A DNA stretch of 64,000 bases from Lama guanicoe (lineage: Eukaryota). The DNA lies in assembly GCA_013239625.1 (NCBI GenBank), contig MU053810.1:5488071-5552070 (forward strand). Direction: 5' to 3'. Both the position numbers and the translations under genes were made by a program. The notes beneath the pieces are model-generated. The model worked only from the letters and a program-made list of their open reading frames with translations. It was not told the DNA's origin and did not search any database. Shown piece after piece: positions 54,602-64,000 of the stretch. Numbering within the stretch: position 1 is the stretch's first letter; every line of letters starts with the position of its first letter.

Positions 54602-55285
54602 AGGTGAAATTCTTACATTTGTTGTGCCTTAGACTCTTTGGTAGTCTGATAAATCCCAAGGGAATATTTCTTGTAACACTATTTTAAAGTGCATAATATG
54701 AAATTTGTAGAATTACAAAGGAAATTAATCCTATGATAATATAATTTTCAAAATATTTTTAAAAACCAAACCTTTGATATGGTAATATATGTACTTATTA
54801 TTATGTATTAAACCATAATACAAATGATCTTACAGAAAACACCCATGTACTCTCTCTAGATCCTCCCATTAATATTTAATATACTTGCTTTATCACATAT
54901 CTATCCATCTAATCAGCCAGATAGCCAGCCAGACGTCATCAAAACACCTAATGTTTTTATGTATGTCAGTATGAATTGCAAAGCAAATTGAAGGTTTCCT
55001 CTAAATAATGCTGCATGTATATCATAAGCCAGAAGATATTTCAAGATACTCTGAAACAATTATAATCTGATATGAAAACATCTGTGATTCCTACTGCTGA
55101 CCTCACAGGGTCTGCCAACACTCCTGTGGTTTCTTGCTAGCATTCATAATGGAAAGAAATGCCAAATTTTGTTTTAAAGCTTGTTACTGAAAATAAAATG
55201 TAATTTTTTTCCATTCAAGTTCATGAACTTCCCAGCTTCTACCCACAGACTTTGTATTCCAAGGGCCCAAGGTTAAGGAGACCTA
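54602..55285 (+). mobile_element. hAT-Charlie element (MER119/Charlie7-like) with internal insert
   Basis: tttggtagtctgataaatccc...tagaattacaaaggaaattaat...caaggttaagga. Confidence 0.6.
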
Positions 55286-55496
55286 CTATGTGAAATGTGC
55301 AGAGAGTTTACGAATTAAGTTAAAATTTAAGTCAGATATGTCAAATAACATACGTATACTTTAAAACTCAAGTTTTAACATAAATTCTGACATTTTTACC
55401 TTTAGGATCTTGTAGTAAAATCAATGAAAGAAGCTTGGACTACTCAAAAAAGAGTCACTGAAAAGAGAGGAAGGAGGAATTATTGAGTTGATATCT

Positions 55497-55952
55497 GTAT
55501 TAGTTTGCTTGGTCTTCTGTTAAGTACCCAACACTAGGTGATTTAAAATGATAAGAAATATATCATCTCATAGTTGCAGAGGCTAGAAGTCTGAAATTGT
55601 GGATCTTCAGGCCCATGCTCTCTCTGATGCTCTGGAGAAGACTCCTTTGCCTCTTCCAGTTCCTAGTGTTTGCCAGCAACCGTAGGCACTTTCTTATTTG
55701 GCAATGCATAACTCCAGTTACGTAACTGTCTTTCCCCTTCATATCTTCCCTCCATGCATGTCAGTCTCTGTGTTCAAATTTCCCCTTTTTGTAAGGACAC
55801 CAGTCATATTGGATCAGGGCCCACCCCCATGACCTCATTTTAACTTTACTACCTCTATAAAGACCTTATTTCCAAATAAGGTCATATTGTGAAGTACGGG
55901 TTAGAACTTAAACATACCTTTTTAGGGGAACATAATTCAACCCCTAAAAACA
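55497..55952 (-). mobile_element. MaLR solo LTR (MLT1B/C-like)
   Basis: tgtattagtttgct...taaggacaccagtcatattggatcagggcccaccc...cataattcaaccc. Confidence 0.85.
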
Positions 55953-56519
55953 TCAGACCATTATGCTTCAGAGGAACAAAGGTTTAGTTGTAGTTTGAAA
56001 CCAAATAGTTCTAGAAGGATGTGATTAAATATGTCTGGAGTTACATCATCTGGTCTTACTTTTTTACAACTCCCTTCTGCAATACTCAACTTGTGCTGAA
56101 TAGCCATTCATGATTTTTAGGAATGCAAAATACAAAAATACAAGTCTAAATAAGGAATCCCTCACGTTCATGTTTTAGTCAAAACATCAGGTTTCATGCT
56201 GCTTTATCTATTTTTCAGTAGTATTGTATTGCAAAAAATGTTCACAGAAATATACTCCAAGAAGCATTTTAAAATTCATAATGGAACAGCAACTAACTAG
56301 TCAACAACAGCTACTGGGCAACCACAAGTGCTTTATTCCCTGAAGTGATGTTAACTACATTCTTAACGAGCTTCTGGCGTGAGGTAGAAGAGATTTACAC
56401 ACACACAGACTCACACATAGGATACTCACAATAAAGGAAATCTTCTATTCAAAAAAATCCTTTTTTGTCTCCACCTCTGGGTCTATTTAATTTTTACTGA
56501 TTTTTTTTTAATTAAAAAA

Positions 56520-56603
56520 AATTTTTTATGGAGGTGCTGGGGATTGAACCCACAATTTCATGCATGCTAAGCATGCACTCTACCCCTGAGCTATGCCCTC
56601 CCC
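56520..56603 (-). mobile_element. tRNA-derived SINE
   Basis: ggggattgaaccc...ctgagctatgccctcccc. Confidence 0.9.
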
Positions 56604-56950
56604 TACTATTCTGCTTTTCAAATGGTTGAAATTTTAGTTCATATCTGTAATTTTAATTATATCAGGATTTTTTAAATTCAATATTGATGAATACTAACTC
56701 TACTAAATCATCCCAAATCATTTGAAATCTACCTCATGAGTTTGTTGTTGTTTTAAGTGAGAGGGAAAAAAAGGTAACATATTTACCACATAGGACACTT
56801 TCCATGAATGTCAGTTACTATTATACGTGTGGGATATACAGCGTGAAATCATCAGTCAGGACCTTTGCTGCCAAAACTGATATTTATGTGGTAAAGTGTG
56901 TAGTCCCACTTTAGCTGTTTTAAACTTTACAAAAATTTAATCCAAAATAT

Positions 56951-57106
56951 TTTTTAATGTTTTATTTATTTTTGTATTATTTAATTATTTTATTTTAGTG
57001 GAGGCAGGTAATTAGATTTCGTTACTTTTAGAGGAGGTACTGGGGATTGAACCCACAACTTCGTGCATGCTAAGCATGTGCTCTACCACTTGAGCTGTAC
57101 CCTCCC
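56951..57106 (-). mobile_element. tRNA-derived SINE
   Basis: Same family; TSD ccaaaatattttt. Confidence 0.9.
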
Positions 57107-57319
57107 ACCAAAATATTTTTATGAGGGCTCCTACAACATTATTATTTTCAAAATAAGTAGGAGCCATAACTCCAGAGAATTCTTAAACACTTAAGGGCAA
57201 CATATGGGCCTATATATATATACATATATATATATATATGCCATTTGGTTAGTTTTGCTTTTGTTTCCCTTGAATTCTCATCACAATGAAAAAAAATTTT
57301 TTTTCTGTTTCTTTAATTT

Positions 57320-57470
57320 TGTGCCTATATGAGATGATGGATGTTCACTAAACTTACTGGGGTCATCATTTCATGATGTCTGTAAATCAGATCATTATGC
57401 TGTAGATCTTAAACTTATTCAGTGCTGATGTCAATTATATCTCAATAAACCTGGAAGAAAAATAAAATGT
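57320..57470 (+). mobile_element. Old L1 3' terminus
   Basis: gtcaattatatctcaataaacctggaagaaaaa. Confidence 0.75.
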
Positions 57471-58935
57471 TTAAAGTTTCAAATTAAAAATTATTTATAT
57501 ACACACACATACTCTTTCAGAGTAGATTGGAAAAGATCCAAAGGAAAAAAATACAGACTGTCACTCCGTGAGAGAGGAATATAAACAGCCTTGCTTTGGT
57601 CCAATAGATCTTCACTGAGAGGTAGTTAACATCTCTAAATCCTAATTTCCTCCTCTTTAAAGCGATGATATTAATACCTACTTCCAGGATGGTTTCACCT
57701 GAGCATATATAAATTCTCTCATGCGGTTCCTGGCATATAATAGATGCTCAAGAAAAGTGACTTCCAGTGAAGCCCCTTCCAAAATCACCTATGACCTCAA
57801 TCTCTTGGTCACAGGAATCACCCTGCCAGGGGAAAAAAAAAAAGTTTTGATGAAATGGAAAAAAATGCATAGCATTTTGTAATTAAATTTTCAACCCGAG
57901 AGAACATTAGCACTTGGAAGAAAACCAAAGTAAAAAGTGAAATAGATGGTTCCATTCCCCTCTGTTTGTATCTGAGCAGCTTCAGGTGGCCAGGTTTTCC
58001 CTTGTTAGCCTCTTCCCTCCAGCAGAACCTTCAGGAAAGACCCAGTCCGGTGACGAGAAGGACAGCAGGCTTTCCAACTGCATGGTGTTGCTTGCCCAGG
58101 GGGAAGGCAGAGGCCTGCCTGTATAATCCGATTTCATCAACTCAAACTAATCACTACTGATAGTAGCAAAATTTAGCCTGGATCTGCTTGGTTAATCTAG
58201 ATTGACAGGAGGTAAAAGACACGAGACACAAGGACACAGAAACAAGGGGAGGAGAACCAGCACTGATTTCCAGCCTTGCTCTTCCATCTGGGGCGTCTAA
58301 ATTTGCTCCCCTCTGGGGCTTCTATTTTTCTTTCCCTGATAAACAAATGCTCCTTGTTGTTAGGAGACCAGCCTTTCACGGAGCAGCCTCTCCAACAACA
58401 GGTGCACGGTGAGCCTCGGGGCTGCAGAGGCAGCAAGCCCTCCGGCTGCGGCTGCGCAGAAGGTACTTCCAGGTACACCCTGTACCTGAGACCATCTATT
58501 ATTTACTGAAACTGAGCTCTGCATTCTCTCGATCCTCCGGGCAGCCCTGGAGTCAAGCTCCTCTTAAAATGGATGCCACCAGCCGCTAACCTACAAAGTC
58601 TCCTAAATGCTCCTGGCTTTCATTCTTTGCTAAGTAATTGTAATTTCTCGCTACCCAGCTTTTTATTCCACCTTGGGGAGTCACTGGGGATTGCAATTGA
58701 GCAGCGGAGGGAAGAACTCCTCTGTGATTTTTGGACGTTTCCACACGGAGTCAAGTTTTGTTTTTTAAGGAAATACCGCACTCTGGATTTTGTGAACACG
58801 GAGAAGAGACACATGAGGCAGCTTCTGCCTCCGTAGCCTGAGTGATTACAGCCGTCCTCTGTTATGTGTGTGTTTACATGCTTAGTCCTGACAAGAAAAA
58901 TGGGTTCTCTGAAAGTGATCTTTATTTTTACTTAC

Positions 58936-59073
58936 GATATCTGCGTCTGGCAAACCAGGGAACTTTTTGCATTTGGGTAACAAAAACATTTGGAATATAC
59001 TTCATTGGATTGTCCATGTTGGTGAAGTTGCTGTTGGCCGCTTCAGCGTTGCATGTTGCCATGCTAAAGACAC
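58936..59073 (-). other. Open 138-bp symmetric exon candidate
   Basis: catttttacccttag|...|gtaagt; phase 1-1, stop-free (G)VFSMATCNAEAANSNFTNMDNPMKYIPNVFVTQMQKVPWFARRRY. Confidence 0.5.
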
Positions 59074-61289
59074 CTAAGGGTAAAAATGTCTCCTGGGTAA
59101 GTAGGCGATGATTTTACGTCTCTTAGAATTGGAGAACTTAAAGACCTAGTGGTTTCATGTTTGGAAGAACTTCAGAAACTATTTGCCTTAGAAATGCATC
59201 TAAATATTTTTATACGTGTTAGAAATCCTTTGGCAAAAGCATGGTGGTGTGCTGGCTAAAATATGGACTATTTTGTAATTTTTAGGCTGCTTTATATTCG
59301 CATCTACACACAGAACTTAGAATGTATTAATGCCGAGTCAATGCTATGATGTTTTTAACTCCAGAATTCTTTATATTCAATAAAGATAGTGTAGATTTCC
59401 ATTGGGAGCGTGAAGTCAAACTTTAAGGGTAGGATTGAAGAGTTTACATTATTTGGGAATACCCTCATTATGTTCCTTTTATCTTCGAAACAAGATATCA
59501 AGAGATATTTTTGGTTTTACACATCTAATTAATTTCTATCAGTAAAGACATATATAGGGAAAGCTTAATTTTCCAGGAATAGCAATGATGTATTAATCCC
59601 AATCAAATTTGGCTCTTTAATGTTGTTTCAGGTTAGTTTCCTACCAAAAATATAAAATGGATTGAGCTCAAAATAACGAGGACAGTCTGTAAACTCCTAA
59701 AAATTAAAAAAAAAAAGTGGCTTTAGCTCCCTGCTGTGGTATTTACTGAGTCTGATACATTAAAATTCACAGACAAACGGATTCTGTTCTACTTTCCACA
59801 TAAACGTGTGTATGTAACATGGATGTTTTACTGGTACTTGCACGTCCAACTCACCCAGACTTGTCCCAGAATTTGACACGTGTGATTACAATTATGGTTT
59901 TCTTCAGATAACTCAGGGGGAGAAAAAAGAAATACTTCTGTCTTTTTGGTCAAGAAATCATTTTGACTACCTTAATTTGAAATTCACTCATTAGGTTATT
60001 CTAACTTTATACGATACATCACAATTTGTCTGAAAACAATGATTGTGATTGTTTTCTGTTATGGATAGATAATCTTTATAGGACTTAACTAAAAGACATG
60101 TATCTTAGTTTAAAACACAGCTCTCCAAATTAGTGCCCAAAAATTGACAAAATTTTTCAAGGTATTCATTATTAAAAATGAATACTCCTTTTCTTGATTT
60201 TATTGCCACTGTTGCTTTATTATTCCCCACCCCCTTCCCAGTATAATAACAAGATATGATTCAGGGACCCTTGGTCTAACCAGTGGGTTTTCTTTCCCTC
60301 CCTGTTCAGATGGCTCCAGCAGCTAATTCTGATGCCCACGTGGGTGTCTGTAACTTTCTCCTGGTACATAAACACTGAAGAAAGGAGGAGTTTCAAAAGT
60401 ATATTCCCTCCTTCATCTGTTTACTCCTCCTAAAAGATTAATTCTCCCAAAGCAGTGCCTGCTTAATGGAGTATTTCTGCCACATGGCCAAAACTTGAAA
60501 CATTTTATAAGCTTGAACCACCATCAGGCTTGGTTTACTTTGGACTCAATTATGCGACTGTTTTTTGATAGAGTCAGAACACTTGCATTTTCTTAGGTTA
60601 AAGTATTCCTGGTATATTCCATTGGGTTACACGTGTCTCTGTACCAGAGTTCCTCAAAAGCAAAATTTACGGATTTAATTACTGTTGCATTACAGGGAAT
60701 ACAGTAATTCGGGTGGGGTGTGTTGATTGTGCAATGAATGAATAATGAATGTTCATTAATCTTATAAAATGCCTTCTTTGGAAAACAGGGTGTAGGGAGA
60801 CACTTTCAAACATTCATCATTGCTTTGGTTTCAATCAGTTGTGGTTGTTTTAGGCATTTAGTGCCATTTCTCTCCGTTCTTTGGCTATGTGGAGTGAAAT
60901 TGGCCTTTGGCCAATTTCCATTTGAACATTCGGTTAGAGTTGAGTTCAAGGGGAGAGTGAAATGATTCATCTTGTCTCAGACACACAGTGAACCTCACGA
61001 TGATGAGAGGAGGTCTTATATCTCTCCATCCCTGGTTCCTCTAGAGTCTTCCTTTGACTTACTTTACCCCCAGTGATAAGCACAGATACATATGCTGAAC
61101 ATCACAAGCTTAGGGTGAAACATCACTTTGCTTTTCCTGGTGCACACTCTCTGGCAGTGTGGTATCTGATCTGGGCATGTGCTTCAACGTGCCTGAGGGT
61201 TTTCCTGGCTGTAAAATAACCAGAGGGTAGAAACTACCTGTATCTCTGAGATGCAGTGAGGATTAGCAAGTCATCTTGGCATAAGGGTT

Positions 61290-61680
61290 CCAAAAGTCAT
61301 TCAACAGATGTTCATCAAGTCCCTTTTTTACAGTATTCTTGGCACTGAGCAAACAGCAGTGAATAAGATACTCAAAAATTCCTCTCCTCAAGGAGCTTAC
61401 ATTCTAGCAAATGGATAGGTAAAAGCAAATGCATGAATAGTACGTAAGATAGAGAATAAAGGAAAGCGGGAGATGGGTTAGAAAATGCTGGGAGTTGGGA
61501 GGGGATGTTGCACATTGGTTGGTCCAGCTATTTGAGCAAAGAAGGGAACAGATTTAGCCATAGGGGAAACGTTGCCATCAGGCATTTCCAGCAAAGGAGA
61601 TTTCAGGTGCTGAGGCTGGAGTTGCCTTTAGTGTGTGAGGTCTGGTGAGAAGGCCATTGTGGCTGAATTGTGGGGACATC
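61290..61680 (-). mobile_element. L2 3' remnant
   Basis: tcattcaacagatgttcatcaagt...ctcaaggagcttacattctag. Confidence 0.75.
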
Positions 61681-61927
61681 CCTGGAGTTTCCTATGTCTC
61701 TTGTATGCACTTATCTCTCTTTGTAATTATGTCAGTGGGGACTCCAAGGCAGATCTATATCCCTCCCTTCAAATCTCCAGAGAGTAGGTGTGTGTAGAGG
61801 CTTCCAGGGACAGCCCACATAGGCACTTGGACAACCAGCAAGGTCACAGACAGCAGGAGGGAAGAAGACAGAACAGATCATCATGACACCATCATCCCTG
61901 ACAATTGTCCATCAAGAGTCAAGAAGT

Positions 61928-62061
61928 GGGAGAGGGTATAGCTCAAGCGGTAGAGTATGTGCTCAGCATACACAAGGTCCTGGGTTCAATCTCCAGTACC
62001 TCCTCCAAAAATAAATAAATAAGTAAACCTAATTACCTCCCCCAACCAGGAAAAAATAAAA
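61928..62061 (+). mobile_element. tRNA-derived SINE
   Basis: gagggtatagctcaagcggtagag...ggttcaatctccagtacctcc...aaacctaattacctcccc. Confidence 0.92.
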
Positions 62062-62775
62062 GAGTTGAGGAGGTTTTTGTTGTGTTCATTTAATGTTGTT
62101 GAGACTGTTTTGTGGGTAAGTTTGATGTTGTTTTTGGACTAACAGAAATTAGAATAAATTGTAAAGTAATGTTAAGGATAGTATTGAGAAAAGAGGGTTT
62201 GGGAGTAAGGATCCAGATTTATGGAACACAGCTTTTCCAAGAGCAATTTTTACTTTTTGTGAGGACCGTTAGGTACATAATACAAATCCTTATTGTGGAA
62301 TCTCCGTGTATTTTTGGATCATAAAAAAAAACTCTTCCAAAAGTTTGGTTCTGGGGACATGGCCATGTGACCATTTGTTCATGAAAGCTGTGTGGACCCC
62401 TTAAGGCTGTCGATCTGACGTTATGCCAGACTGACTGACTTTGTTGGAAAATCACTTTGCCTGGGAAATATAAAAATGACAGGTCCCACTTAGGATCCCA
62501 TCGCTATGCAAACTCCCTGTTCTTTTATTCCTCGTATCTGAAATCAATCATACCGAACCTTCTGGTCTTCCAAATCGGTGGTCCTGTATAGACTAATTAC
62601 TATTTGTGGATAGTACATTTTATTAGCTGCTTTTCCATTTTTTATTATGTGCCATAAGAAACAAATAAAATTTATTTAAGAAAATAAAGGGAGGCTATAA
62701 AAAAAAAGGAATTACAGTCATATAACCCAGTGCTTGAGATTAAATAAGAACTCAGAACTTTGAGGTCTGCTTTCT

Positions 62776-62867
62776 GTTTACTTTTAATGGAGGTACTGGG
62801 GATGGAACCCAGGACCCCGTGCATGCTAAGCATGTGTTCTACCGCTTAGCTGTATCCCCCCACCCCC
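62776..62867 (-). mobile_element. tRNA-derived SINE
   Basis: Same family; TSD tgctttct. Confidence 0.9.
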
Positions 62868-63859
62868 TGCTTTCTATTTCTTGATACAGATGCTTCTAGC
62901 AAATGCATTATGTGCATGTTATTCTATTATAAAATGGATGTTACTAGAAATTGGCTAAAAGACTAACATGAAAATTGAGCACACTACACATAGGATGGAA
63001 CCCTGACTCCTTTCTGAAGTGAGAGACATGTCCTCCAGGGAAGGAATCCGTCACATGCCCTTGGTCACTTGACTCCGGAGACCTTTCGTCTTATTTCCAT
63101 GTCAGTGTCTGTCTCAAACTGTCAAGAATCACTATTCTTCTCATTTTTTTTAAACTCTCCAATCGCTGTAGATATATGCATCTGTTGTGATGAGTTTAAA
63201 GCCGATGGCATACAGTTATGACTCTGTTAGGGATTCGCCTCTTGTTGGTTGCACTTCATTTGATATGTATGTTTCATGGCAGCCTCTTGATTGCTGGTCT
63301 TTCAGACAATAGCAGTTTCTGAAAATATCCAAAATATCCAATTTTCTTTTCTATGCTCTAAACATATACCAGTGTCATCAGAAATACTATTTCCCTCCTG
63401 TTTTCTCCCCTTCTCTCTCCTTGTGAGGATACATCAGGGGGTTTACTAAACTTATTTCCAACACATGTGCAAGTTTTAATTTTTTCAATGTCACTCACAA
63501 TCGACAGGCAATCAATCAGGGTGTCTGATGGTTCAGATAAATTATCTACTTTTGCTCACAGCTCCTAAGATTCTTTCAGAAATTCACACCTGAGGACCAT
63601 TTTTTTCTTCTCCTAATAAATATTTTTTCCACTCAATAAGTGGACTTCTATAGCTAGGCTTGGAAACCTGAGAGATTCCACCAGATGGCTCTAGTAAATA
63701 TGGATGGTGTGATGCTTTATATAGTGAGCCATAAAGCATTAAAAATATGTACTTGTATGAAGCCTGCCATTATTGTTTTTTAACATTAAAATGTGGACAC
63801 TTTAAAAATAACTGTAGTTCTAACTTAGAGGGTACTCATACATTTTAGCAGTTTACTTC

Positions 63860-63988
63860 TTTTTATTTTTTAGTGGGGGAGGTAATTAGGTTTGTTTGTT
63901 TTATTTATTTTTGGAGGAGGTACTGGTGATCAAACCCCGGACTTTGTGTATGCTAAGCATGTGCTCTGCCACCTGAGCTAGTCCCTCC
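63860..63988 (-). mobile_element. tRNA-derived SINE
   Basis: ggggaggtaattaggttt...ctgagctagtccctcc. Confidence 0.9.
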
Positions 63989-64000
63989 TACTGAGGGTCC

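Noticed and set aside
1..64000. Naming the relic RGS22 or RGSL1; CRISPR or other prokaryotic systems
   Set aside because: Similarity is far too low for a mammalian ortholog, and the sequence is mammalian with no repeat-spacer arrays or operons.

Overview
Mammalian genomic DNA, most likely camelid (camel/alpaca/llama), judged from many short tRNA-derived SINEs (GGGGAGGGTATAGCTCAAGTGGTAGAG...GGTTCAATCCCCAGTACC) and one recurring L1 3' end. Roughly half the window is recognisable interspersed repeat: L1 (including a ~3 kb ORF2 copy with two internal deletions), L2, MIR, CR1, MLT1/ERVL LTRs, Tigger1 and Charlie MITEs. I found no intact multi-exon protein-coding gene. The main non-repeat signal is a series of minus-strand exon-like segments with canonical splice sites, from about 63 kb down to 0.4 kb. 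Allowing stops and frameshifts, their translations repeatedly resemble RGS-domain motifs and my recollection of RGS22/RGSL1. My working hypothesis is a heavily decayed, intron-containing multi-RGS-domain gene of the RGS22/RGSL1 family (a candidate unitary pseudogene). This rests on by-eye motif matching and needs a frameshift-aware profile search. Repeat family names are also by-eye recognitions and repeat boundaries are approximate.
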